A stretch of 64,000 bases of DNA, from contig CAVVPN010000003.1 of NCBI GenBank assembly GCA_963750165.1, positions 2,784,001-2,848,000 of the forward strand, in the 5' to 3' direction. Origin of the DNA: an uncultured Gemmataceae bacterium (GTDB lineage Bacteria; Planctomycetota; Planctomycetia; Gemmatales; Gemmataceae). The position numbers and the translations under genes are program-made. The first letter of the stretch is position 1, and every line of letters starts with the position of its first letter. Positions 29,201-38,000 of this stretch are shown one piece after another. A model generated the notes under the pieces. It did no database searches. It was not told where the DNA came from and was given only the letters and a program-made list of their open reading frames with translations.

Positions 29201-31896
29201 TCAGCCTGGTGAGCTACATCGCCCCCGGCCCGAGCTTCGACGCCACGACCGCCTACCAGCAGCAGATCTTCGACGTGGCCAGCGGCACCTTCACGCCCGG
29301 CACCTACATGCTCACGGTGCTGATCCCGAACAGTTACTACCAGATCGATTTCGTCTGCGGCCAGGCGATCAGCACGCTGGGGCCGCAGAACTACGGCCCC
29401 GATAGCGGCAACATCTTCTACACGCCGCAGGGCCGCCTGCTCAGCGCCGACAACGACGGCACGACGGCGTTCGCGCCCCACGCGGTCGCCCCAGGCGACT
29501 TCGCCAAGAACAACTTCTGGGGCACCGCGATCGGCCAGAACGTGATCAAGGCCCTCAACGGCGGCTCGACCGCAACCTACCTGGCCTACTGGCTGGCCAC
29601 CACGTTCCCGAACCTGTACGGCCCCGGCGCCGGCAGCAGCCACTCGCTGGTCAACAGCAACGGCACCTACTTCACCAACGCCCAGGTGGCGACCGCCTAC
29701 GCCCACTTCGCCGGCAACGACCAGCAGGTGCTGTCGTCGGCCCTGTCCGTCTACGCCACCAGCATCAACCTCGCCGGCACCAACGTCCACAGCCTCGACA
29801 CCCACTTCAACACCTCAATGACCGGGTCCGCCATGGACACGGTCAGCGTCGGCCCCAACGGCGCCGCGTTCGGCCTGGCGAACAACACCACCGCGACGGT
29901 GATGCAGTTGCTGGTGGACCTCAACGCCAACACCGCCGCCGGGGCGGCCGTCTCCGCGGGAGCCGGCCCGGTGTTCACCGGCATCAACAACACCGGCAAC
30001 GTCACCAACGGGGCGCCGACCACGGCGGGTGGGGTGTCCTACACGCCGGCCCAGGTGCGGGCCGCCTACGGCGTCAGCAACCTCGCCCTGGACGGCACCG
30101 GTCAGACGATCGCGATTGTCGATGGCTACGACAACCCGGCCATCTTCACGGCCCTGGACACCTTCGACGCCCAGTTCGGCGTGACGACCACCGGACCGTC
30201 GCTGTACGACCAGTACGGGGCGGCCGCGTCGTTCCTGACGGTGGTGAACCAGTCCGGCCAGACGGGCGCCCTGCCCGCCACCGACCCGACCGGCGGCTGG
30301 GAGCTGGAAGAGGAACTCGACGTGGAATGGATCCACGCCCTGGCCCCGGGCGCCCAGATCGTCCTGGTCGAGGCCAACAGCCAGTCCCTGTCCGATCTGA
30401 TGACCAGCGTGCAAACGGCCGCCGGCCTGCCCGGCGTCTCCGTGGTGTCGATGAGCTGGGGCTTCGCCGAGGGCGTGTCCGTCCTCGCCCAGGACGAGGC
30501 GACCTACGACGCCGACCTGACCACACCCGCCGGCCACCAGGGCGTCACCTTCGTGGCCAGCACCGGCGACTACGGCACCGCCGACCCCGAGTATCCCGCC
30601 TTCTCGCCCAACGTCGTGGCCGTCGGCGGCACCTCGCTGCTGCTCAACGGCGACGGCTCCTACAACAGCGAAACGGGTTGGGGTTACAACTCCAGCAGCC
30701 TGGGGGCGTTCATCGGCAGCGGCGGCGGTGTCAGCCAGTACGAGGCCGAGCCGGCCTACCAACAGAGCGTCCAGTCCACGGGCTTCCGCACCACCCCGGA
30801 CGTGTCCTTCGTGGCCGACCCGGGCACCGGCGCCTGGGTCGCCGACCCGTTCAACAAGTCCGCCGACGACCCCTGGCAGACCGTGGGCGGCACCAGCCTG
30901 TCGGCGCCGAGCTGGGCGGGCCTGTTCGCCCTGGCCAACCAGGGGCGGACGGACGCCGGCCTGGCGACCCTCGGCACCACCACGCCGAACCAGGCACAGC
31001 AGGCGCTGTACACGCTGCCCCTGGGCGATTTCAACGATGTCACCACCGGCTTCAACGGCTACAGCGCCGGCCCCGGCTACGACCTGGTGACGGGCCTGGG
31101 CACCCCGGTGGCCAGTCAACTGGTGCCCGACCTGGCCGCGTTCACCACGGCCGGCCCGTCGCCGCGCACCGTGACCGTGACCGCGGGCGTCGGCAGCGGC
31201 AGCCTGGGCAACTACAGCAGCATGAACGCCCTGCACAACGTTGTCAACGTCGAGGTGGCGGGGGCGACGGGGTTGACCTTGCGGGACAGCCAGAGCCCGG
31301 CCGCGGCGGCGTCAACGAGCCCGGCGCTCGACCTGAGCGTGCTGCCCAAGTCGGTCGCGGCCGCCCCGGTGAGTGCGCTTACGTTCGCGCCGACCCAGGC
31401 GGTCAACCCGCTGGCGGTCACCGCGGCGAACGGATTCGTGACGCTGCCGACCGCGGTCTCCGGTGCCAACGGGACCGTCGTCCAGGTGGTCAGCCAGGCT
31501 CCGGTCAGCCTGATCTCGGCGGGTCTGGTCCAGGCCCCGCAGAGTGTCGCCAGCAGGTCCACGGATCTGTTCGCCGAACTGGCCCGCGGTCGCGCCATCA
31601 GTGACGCCTCGCTGTGGCAGCACGACGACCTGTTCGTGCCGGCGGCGAACGCCCGGGAGCCGCTGGCGAACTTCGGGACCGAGGCGCCGGCCGAGGAGCA
31701 GGTGCTGGACAGCATCTTCGGCAGCCTGGCCGCGGACGACGGCGACGAGGCCCTGGTGCTCGCCCCCGGCATCCGTGAGGTGGACGCGGCCTGTGCCGTG
31801 GGCCTCGCCTGGCTGGCCCTGTCTGCGTCGGCCGAAGACGAGCGGAACAGCCGCAAGTCCTCCGGCTTGCCTCAGCGGCGTTCCCCGAAGGTGTGA
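20227..31896 (+). CDS. Giant extracellular repeat protein A (3889 aa): LExR-xxP leader, PEP-CTERM-protein-like domain, DUF11-like/SdrD-B-like/Ig-like repeats, beta-solenoid insert, S53 peptidase
   Basis: Uninterrupted ORF rich in T/G/N/S/V. Motifs: RPALEALEGRVVP; INIVKLTNG..VTWTYNVTN..VSDN..GETW..YSN repeats; LGDFVWNDVNANGIQD..GYYQFSGL repeats; EEELD, STGD and GGTSLSAP. Confidence 0.92.
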   Translation: MLHSLNRVWSKRKSMFRRQGDAVTQARKPFRPALEALEGRVVPAFAIRATEFDSLKNVVASSTQTSPSGPGSAFNAIFTLPDFSITIVGNNSNIGSTYAAHSTTINMLYTGPTGANSDSILIEVLGDSYVTPSAGPAQITSNASPSTSGLQASTVTMTSGVLNGDVALSGTPGTTLNGQLGQTMGAGSIGSASSVLSPNPTVSGSVFTLANPFTFYQTYTFGGFNTTGQAGSMSAGSEVDAVPNANNPHIAIVKLTNGTNNDDPPTPGVPDGPIVMVGSTVTWTYNVTNPGNEPIANVNVTDNIAGVNPLPVLSGSFNVGDTNDNGLLDPGETWVYTATGIATLGQYSNVGTVTGTSTITNTPVASDNPDHYFGVPVTPTITTQQTPLTGPVGTSTNDTAIVTGYYPTGTVTFNLYDNPNGTGTSLFTDTEPLVITPEEPLVGVATSTDFTITAPGTYYWVATYNGDNLNNNPVTSTTDGEPVVVATPAINIVKLTNGTNNDSPPVAGTPDGPIVPVGSTVTWTYNVTNPGTEPIANVAVSDNIAGVNPTPVLSGGFNVGDANDNGLLDPGETWEFTASGTATAGQYSNIGTVTGTSTITNTPVSATNPDHYYGYTTNINIVKLTNGTNNDNPPVAGVPDGPTVPVGSTVTWTYNVTTTGNVPLSSVAVSDNIAGVNPTPVLSGGFNVGDTNQDGLLEAGETWEFTASGTAIAGQYSNIGTATGTPSTPSGTPIPGAPPQTSTNPDHYYGTLSLGDFVWNDVNANGIQDSSDLTSNGINGVLVDLENSGGTVIATTTTGNNPVGGAPGYYQFSGLLQGTYTVVIDSSNFASGGALASYSATPSMVAGSTTANDSNGSPASVTLTTANDETIDFGYFKPGINIVKLTNGTNNDNPPVAGTPDGPTVPVGSTVTWTYNVTNPTGVALSSVSVSDNIAGVNPTPVLSGGFNVGDTNHDGLLEMGETWVFTATGTAIAGQYSNIGTATGTPVTPTGGTIPGATPVSATNPDHYYGTLSVGDFVWNDVNANGIQDSSDLTSNGINGVLVDLKNSSGTVIATTTTGNNPVGGAPGYYQFSGLLQGSYTVVIDSSNFASGGALAGYTATPSMVAGSTPANDSNGSPAAVTLTTANDETIDFGYFKPGINIVKLTNGTNNDSPPVAGTPDGPTVPVGSTVTWTYNVTNPTGVALSSVSVSDNIAGVNPTPVLSGGFNVGDTNHDGLLEMGETWVFTASGTAIAGQYSNIGTATGTPVTPTGGTIPGATPVSATNPDHYYGTLSVGDFVWNDVNANGIQDSSDLTGNGINGVLVDLENSGGTVIATTTTGNNPVGGAPGYYQFSGLLQGTYTVVIDSSNFNTGGALFGYTPTPSMAAGSTPANDSNGSPAPVTLTTANDETIDFGYIRPTPITITTTPGGPVAIGTPSLVVTKTANVTAALPFQPVTYTYTVTNTGNAPATNVSLVDDDGLPSMPAYSFTPAPVTTTYNGQTYNVGDANHDGLLSPGETWQFTATVIPPVTESQVINGTDVSVGTLIVQHPTSGPYAGDYEVTFLQSLGLVDNTYGTNASSGWGTHGHTFSDLTGSDGADFQFIDSRGNTVLQFEADYVSQGSSMTLPNGTTVNYPSGYGTLGLGGDGSLSVGNGSNILAINTTITQDLNQSSAYYGFTTNSPTPGSSLDANWNNVDGYTVVVSPATFGANGFGSVSIPYVHDSPSKLSSTIRFTPVAEPSTVTNTVTVTATAAGTTNQVTGSATTNVQIVPGGPTMQNTASIGLPTTFAPPATPLTDSATLSGGNSPTGTITFYLFAPGVTPNANNSNNVYSTTVAVSHGNGTYSTPATGYAPQTTGTYQWVAVYSGDGSNASVTSPFGSEPEAVSPPIFIATTPGGTVDLNSPSLVITKTANATAVLPFQPVTYTYTVSNNGSAAATNVSVVDDNGTPGSTGDDFSPAPVTTTYNGQTYNVGDANHDGLLSPGETWQFTATVIPPVTESQVINGTDVDVGTLSVQQLPSGDYKVTFLQSLGLVDNTYGTNASSGWGTQGHKFSDLTGSDGADFQFTDGRGNTVLQFEADYVSQSSSFPSDYGTLGLGGDGSLSVGNSAWIRSIDTTITDDLNQSPAYYGFTTNSPTPGTTLDASWNNVDGYTVVISSAAFGANGFGSVSIPYVHDSPSKLSGTIRFTPVAEPSTVTNNVTVTATGVGSTTQVTANTGVSVQIVPGGPANPTPVTASSSSAAMPTQLTDSATITGGNNPTGTVTFYLFAPGVTPNATFSNNVFTTAVTVNGAGTYPTPSGYTPMQTGTYQWVAVYSGDSNNPGVTSPFGSEPETVGPPVAISTTPGGTVALVNGVASGALTDSATISGGYRPGGSVTFYLYAPGVTPDALNDNYVYTVTVPVTGDGTYTTPGGFTPTMALSGLGTYEWVAVYSGDLNNAGVSSPFSDEPEIVNGGTPNVVVTKTADRSSIAAGMTAGYTVTITSTGTGTATGVTLSDPLPAGSGGDVNWMIDGTVGSPADFTITGSPGHQSLTLSSYFLTTLGDSLAPGASISVHITSPTNTGDANGGALASSFNTAGTAASGFVTLGTASNYSVLGLINTAITNSAVTITGNEGVSQGGSLSNMASSSITGNVYEYASGQYSGPGILGGSVITNASLLAQNDTDALNASTAAAGLSATQTFGNITAATTVNGNGGLNVIDINGNINLNNASLTLSGSASDVFIVNVTGNATFGGTGGLMLGSGVTVNHVLYNFTGTVGGPAGTITSHVGNVFYGTLLAPHESFNLDGSFVGEIIGGGSAGIQLLSNATVNANVMSLPNGLSNTATVTASGVASQQASATITIAQPGTISGTKFLDTTGKGFGGTNSPLGGVPINLYNDTNNNGVLDGGDSLVATTTTSTVAGQVGTYSFTGLAPGTYFVQEVVPSGYVQTGGGPNGSAGATYYTVTVQSGQAYAGNNFDDYQTPTCAPTNVSYYVVNNGSTTSYSNLSGNTNQGNSVTAVFTVTMTETLSLVSYIAPGPSFDATTAYQQQIFDVASGTFTPGTYMLTVLIPNSYYQIDFVCGQAISTLGPQNYGPDSGNIFYTPQGRLLSADNDGTTAFAPHAVAPGDFAKNNFWGTAIGQNVIKALNGGSTATYLAYWLATTFPNLYGPGAGSSHSLVNSNGTYFTNAQVATAYAHFAGNDQQVLSSALSVYATSINLAGTNVHSLDTHFNTSMTGSAMDTVSVGPNGAAFGLANNTTATVMQLLVDLNANTAAGAAVSAGAGPVFTGINNTGNVTNGAPTTAGGVSYTPAQVRAAYGVSNLALDGTGQTIAIVDGYDNPAIFTALDTFDAQFGVTTTGPSLYDQYGAAASFLTVVNQSGQTGALPATDPTGGWELEEELDVEWIHALAPGAQIVLVEANSQSLSDLMTSVQTAAGLPGVSVVSMSWGFAEGVSVLAQDEATYDADLTTPAGHQGVTFVASTGDYGTADPEYPAFSPNVVAVGGTSLLLNGDGSYNSETGWGYNSSSLGAFIGSGGGVSQYEAEPAYQQSVQSTGFRTTPDVSFVADPGTGAWVADPFNKSADDPWQTVGGTSLSAPSWAGLFALANQGRTDAGLATLGTTTPNQAQQALYTLPLGDFNDVTTGFNGYSAGPGYDLVTGLGTPVASQLVPDLAAFTTAGPSPRTVTVTAGVGSGSLGNYSSMNALHNVVNVEVAGATGLTLRDSQSPAAAASTSPALDLSVLPKSVAAAPVSALTFAPTQAVNPLAVTAANGFVTLPTAVSGANGTVVQVVSQAPVSLISAGLVQAPQSVASRSTDLFAELARGRAISDASLWQHDDLFVPAANAREPLANFGTEAPAEEQVLDSIFGSLAADDGDEALVLAPGIREVDAACAVGLAWLALSASAEDERNSRKSSGLPQRRSPKV
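22078..24420 (+). repeat. Three tandem 783-bp coding repeats (DUF11-like plus SdrD-B-like unit) in giant A
   Basis: Near-identical units. The antisense shadow ORFs recur at 22968 and 23751 (period 783). Confidence 0.9.
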
Positions 31897-32085
31897 CGGT
31901 TGACTGCTTCCCCACTGGATGTATCGGACCGGGGCCGCCCGGTTCTACTCCTTCCCCTTGCTGGCACGGACTGCTCGCCGCCCAGGCGAGCGCCAGCACC
32001 TTACTGGAACAAAAACTCTGTCCCCTCGGGTCGTCGGCGACCCAGGGGTCTGCCTTCACTAACTCTCTACCTTGGGGGTCTGCCA

Positions 32086-35000
32086 GTGTTACGTTCTCTG
32101 AATCGCGTGTGGTCCAAGCGAAAGAGCATGTTCCGGCGTCAAGGCGACGCAGTCACCCAGGCGCGCAAGCCGTTCCGCCCTGCCCTGGAAGCGCTCGAAG
32201 GCCGTGTCGTTCCCGCCTTCGCCATCCGGGCGACCGAGTTCGACAGCCTCAAGAACGTGGTCGCTTCGAGCACGCAAACCAGCCCGAACGGCCCTGGCAG
32301 CGCCTTCAACGCCATCTTCACTCTGCCGGATTTCAGCATCACCATCGTCGGCAACAACTCGAACATCGGCTCCACCTACGCCGCCCACAGCACCACGATC
32401 AACATGCTGTACACCGGCCCGACCGGGGCCAACTCGGACAGCATTCTCATTGAGGTCCTGGGCGACAGCTATGTCACCCCCAGCGCTGGCCCGGCCCAAA
32501 TCACCAGCAACGCCTCCCCCAGCACCTCCGGACTGCAGGCGAGCACTGTCACCATGACCAGCGGCGTGCTCAACGGCGACGTCGCGCTGTCGGGCACGCC
32601 AGGCACCACGCTGAACGGCCAGTTGGGGCAGACGTTGGGGGCGGGCTCGGTCGGTACGGCGTCGAGCGTCCTGTTGCCCAACCCAACCGTGTCCGGTTCG
32701 GTCTTCACGCTCGCCAACCCGTTCACGTTCTACCAGACCTACACGTTCGGCGGGTTTAACACCACCGGCCTGGCTGGTTCCATGTCGGCGGGCTCGGAGG
32801 TCGATGCCGTCCCCAACGCGAACAACCCGCACATCGCCATCGTCAAGTTGACCAACGGTACCAACAATGATGACCCGCCCACCCCGGGTGTGCCGGACGG
32901 CCCCATCGTGATGGTGGGTAGCACGGTCACCTGGACCTACAACGTCACCAACCCGGGCAACGAACCGATCGCCAACGTGAACGTCACCGATAACATCGCC
33001 GGGGTCAACCCACTGCCGGTGCTCTCGGGCGGCTTCAACGTCGGCGACACCAACGACAACGGCCTGCTCGACCCCGGCGAGACCTGGGTGTACACCGCCA
33101 CCGGCATCGCCACACTCGGCCAGTACAGCAACGTCGGCACCGTCACCGGCACCAGCACCATCACCAACACCCCCGTCGCTTCCGATAACCCCGACCACTA
33201 CTTCGGCGTTCCGGTCACCCCGACCATCACGACCCAGCAGACGCCGCTGATGGGCCCCGTCGGCACCTCGACCAACGACACGGCGATCGTCACCGGGTAC
33301 TACCCGACCGGGACGGTCACGTTCAACCTGTACGACAACCCGAACGGCACCGGCACCTCGTTGTTCACCGACACCGAGCCGTTGGTCATCACCCCCGAGG
33401 AGCCACTGGTCGGGGCGGCGACCTCGGCCGATTTTACGATCACTGCCCCCGGCACCTACTACTGGGTGGCCACCTACAACGGCGACAACCTGAACAACAA
33501 CCCGGTCACGAGCACGACGGACGGCGAGCCGGTGGTCGTCGCCACCCCGGCCATCAACATCGTCAAGCTGACCAACGGCACCAACAACGATAGCCCGCCC
33601 GTCGCCGGCACGCCCGACGGCCCCATCGTGCCGGTCGGCAGCACCGTCACCTGGACCTACAACGTCACCAACCCCGGCACGGAGCCGATCGCCAACGTCG
33701 CCGTCAGCGACAACATCGCGGGCGTCAACCCGACCCCGGTGCTCTCGGGCGGCTTCAACGTCGGCGACGCCAACGACAACGGTCTGCTCGACCCCGGCGA
33801 GACCTGGGAGTTCACTGCCAGCGGCACGGCCACCGCCGGCCAGTACAGCAACATCGGCACCGTCACCGGCACCAGCACCATCACCAACACGCCGGTCAGC
33901 GCCACCAATCCGGACCACTACTACGGCTACACGACGAATATCAACATCGTCAAGTTGACCAACGGCACCAACAACGACAACCCGCCAGTCGCGGGCGTGC
34001 CCGACGGCCCAACGGTGCCCGTGGGCAGCACGGTGACCTGGACCTACAACGTCACCACCACGGGCACCGTGCCACTCTCGAGCGTCGCCGTCAGCGACAA
34101 CATCGCGGGCGTCAACCCGACCCCGGTCCTCTCGGGCGGCTTCAACGTCGGCGACACCAACCACGACGGCCTGCTCGAGGCCGGTGAGACCTGGGAGTTC
34201 ACCGCCAGCGGCATCGCCACTGCCGGCCAGTACAGCAACATCGGCACCGCCACGGGCACGCCGGTGACGCCGACCGGCGGCACCATCCCGGGCGCCACGC
34301 CGGTCAGCGCCACCAACCCCGACCACTACTACGGCACGCTGTCGCTGGGCGACTTCGTCTGGAACGACGTGAACGCCAACGGCATCCAGGACAGCAGCGA
34401 CCTGACCAGCAACGGCATCAACGGCGTGCTCGTCGATCTCGAGAACAGCGGCGGCACCGTCATCGCCACCACCACCACGGGCAATAACCCGGTGGGCGGC
34501 GCCCCCGGCTACTACCAGTTCAGCGGCCTGCTGCAGGGCACCTACACCGTCGTCATCGACAGCAGCAACTTCACGGGCACCGGCGCCCTGGTCGGCTACA
34601 CCGCCACCCCCAGCATGGTCGCCGGCAGCACCACCGCTAACGACAGCAACGGCAGCCCGGCCAGCGTCACGCTGACCACGGCCAACGACGAGACCATCGA
34701 CTTCGGCTACTTCAAGCCGGGCATCAACATCGTCAAGCTGACCAACGGCACGAACAACGACAGCCCGCCCGTGGCGGGCACCCCTGACGGCCCGACGGTG
34801 CCGGTGGGCTCGACGGTGACCTGGACTTACAACGTCACCAACCCCACGGGCGTGGCCCTGAGCAGCGTCAGCGTCAGCGACAACATCGCGGGCGTCAACC
34901 CGACCCCGGTGCTCTCGGGCGGCTTCAACGTCGGCGACACCAACCACGACGGCCTGCTGGAGAACGGCGAAACCTGGGTGTTCACCGCCTCGGGCACCGC

Positions 35001-38000
35001 CATCGCCGGCCAGTACAGCAACATCGGCACCGCCACGGGCACGCCGGTGACCCCCACGGGCGGCACCATCCCGGGCGCCACCCCCGTCAGCGCCACCAAC
35101 CCGGACCACTACTACGGCACGCTGTCGCTCGGCGACTTCGTCTGGAACGACGTGAACGCCAACGGCATCCAGGACAGCAGCGACCTGACCAGCAACGGCA
35201 TCAACGGCGTGCTCGTCGATCTCGAGAACAGCGGCGGCACCGTCATCGCCACCACGACGACGGGCAATAACCCGGTCGGCGGCGCCCCCGGCTACTACCA
35301 GTTCAGCGGCCTGCTCCAGGGCAGCTACACCGTCGTCATCGACAGCAGCAACTTCGCCAGCGGCGGCGCCCTGGCCAGCTACACGGCCACGCCGAGCATG
35401 GTTGCCGGCAGCACCACCGCCAACGACAGCAACGGCAGCCCGGCCGCCGTCACGCTGACCACGGCCAACGACGAGACCATCGACTTCGGCTACTTCAAGC
35501 CGGGCATCAACATCGTCAAGTTGACCAACGGCACCAATAACGACAGTCCGCCCGTCGCCGGCACGCCCGACGGCCCGACGGTGCCGGTGGGCTCGACGGT
35601 GACCTGGACCTACAACGTCACCAACCCCACGGGCGTGGCGCTGAGCAGCGTCAGCGTCAGCGACAACATCGCGGGCGTCAACCCGACCCCGGTGCTCTCG
35701 GGCGGCTTCAACGTCGGCGACACCAACCACGACGGCCTGCTGGAAATGGGCGAGACCTGGGTGTTCACCGCCACAGGCATCGCACAAGCCGGCCAGTACA
35801 GCAACATCGGCACCGCCACCGGTACCCCGGTGACCCCCACGGGCGGCACCATCCCGGGCGCCACGCCGGTCAGCGCCACCAACCCCGACCACTACTACGG
35901 CACGCTGTCGGTCGGCGACTTCGTCTGGAACGACGTCAACGCCAACGGCATCCAGGACAGCAGCGACCTGACCAGCAACGGCATCAACGGCGTGCTCGTC
36001 GATCTGAAGAACAGCAGCGGCACCGTCATCGCCACCACCACCACGGGCAATAACCCGGTGGGCGGCGCCCCCGGCTACTACCAGTTCAGCGGCCTGCTGC
36101 AGGGCACCTACACCGTCGTCATCGACAGCAGCAACTTCAACACCGGCGGCCCCCTGGCCGGCTACACGGCCACGCCGAGCATGGTCGCCGGCAGCACCCC
36201 CGCCAACGACAGCAACGGCAGCCCGGCCAGCGTCACGCTGTCCACGGCCAACGACGAGACCATCGACTTCGGCTATCACATTGCGGGAACACCGAACCTC
36301 GGTATCGTCAAGACGGCGGACCAGGTCACGATCACTGGTGGGCAAACGGCCGGCTACACGGTCACCATCACCAACACCGGCACGGCCACGGACACCAACG
36401 TCACGCTGACCGACCCGCTGCCGCCCGGGGTGGGCGGCGACATCAACTGGACGATCGACACCTCGGGGACCGGTCACGGAGCAGGCACCAATCCGGCGGA
36501 CTTCCATATTACCGGAGCGGTGGGCAGTCAGTCCCTCAGCCTGTCCCCAGCGTTTATCTCGGGGGGAGACAGCCTGGCCCCCGGCCAGAGCATCGCCGTC
36601 CATATCACCAGCCCGACCACCGTCGCCGACAGCAGCGGTGGCGGCAACGGCACCACGTTCTCCGGTGCGTCTGCCATCCTGGGTGCCGCCGTCAACTACA
36701 CGGTGCTGTATGAAGGGATTAGTGGCCCCAACTTCCAGGTCAGCAACAGCAGCGTCTACGGTAACATCGGCATCGGCGGCACCGGACACGCCCAGCTCAG
36801 CGGTCCGGGGACCATCGGCGGCCGGATCGATTTCTCGGCCGCGAACACCGGCCAGTACTCGGCGAGCAACACGTCGGGCATCACCTCCGTTAACTACAAC
36901 GTCTCGGCGGTGTCGAGTGCTCTGACCACGGTCAACAGCCTCAGCTCCGCCCTCGGCGCTGTCTCGGGGACTTCGCTCACCCTGAACGGAAACACGACGG
37001 TCAACGCGAGCGCCGGCCATCTGGCCACCGTCAACGGGACCACCTTCCTGGTCTTCAACATCGCGTCCTACAGCGAGGGCAACGGCAACGTCGTCACCAT
37101 CAACGGCGACGGGTCCGGCGACCCGGTGGTGTTCAACTTCACCGCCAACAGCAACATCCAACTCGGCGGCGACGTCACCCTGAACGGCCTCAGCGACGAC
37201 CAGGTGATCTGGAATTTCACTTCCACCGGCCAGAATCTCCAGCTCAATAACAACGCCTCGAGCTACCCCAACGCGGCCTTCCAGGGCATCATCCTCGCCC
37301 CCAACGACAAAATCCAGTTGACGAACTCGAACCTGATGGGCCGCGTCTTCGGCGGCGGCAACCAGGACTTTCAGATCAACTCCGGCAACACGGTCAACGG
37401 TCCCCCCGTTTCGCTGGTCAACACGGCCACGGTCAGCGCCACGGGCGTGTCGCCGAAACAATCCACGGCAACGATCTACATCACCGTGGGGCAGGAGGGC
37501 CGCCAGACCCCCCCGACGGCCACCATCAGTGGCGTCAAGTTCCTCGACCTGACCGGCAACGGTTTCTCCGCCGACGACACCCCGCTGGGCGGGGTCACCA
37601 TCCAGCTGTACGAGGACATGAACGGCGACGGAGTGCTGACCGCCGCTGACGGGGCGCCGGTGGCCACCACGACCACCGGGGCACACGACGGGACCTTCTC
37701 CTTCACCGTGACCCCGGGCACCTACTTCGTGAAGGAGGTGGTGCCGACCGGCTACATCCAGACTGGGGGCGGGCCCAACGGCTCGGCCGGGGCGACCTAC
37801 TACACCGTGACCTTCACCGGGAGCGGCGCGACCACCTTTACCGGCAATAACTTCGACGACTTCCAGGTGCCGACCTGCACCCCCACCAATGTCAGCTTCT
37901 GCGTCACCAACAACTGCTACCATACGACGGTCAGCGACCTGCGCGGCAACACCCAGCAAGGGGACACGGTGACGGTGACGTTTACCGTCACCCCCGGGAT

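Noticed and set aside
20230..29805. 3191-aa antisense ORF (also 32089-38514, 38545-40770 and 29815-31236)
   Set aside because: These are shadows of the giant genes. Strong NNC codon bias removes stops on the opposite strand, and the V/G/D/A/R-rich translation has no domain motifs.
31961..31976. TGGCACG upstream of giant B as a sigma-54 promoter
   Set aside because: The GC follows at N8 rather than N10, and there is no upstream enhancer palindrome. B is more likely co-transcribed with A.
31900..32085. ORF-track N-terminal extension of giant B (similar extensions for ORFs at 547, 4700, 14823 and 56360, and for hpnC to 14512)
   Set aside because: Paralog alignment, RBS position and motif starts support downstream start codons. 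The extensions cross repeats or promoter DNA.
22078..36280. Long repeats as a CRISPR array or a diversity-generating retroelement
   Set aside because: The repeats are in-frame coding domains of 783 bp with no spacers. The differences are not adenine-specific, and there is no cas or reverse transcriptase gene in the window.
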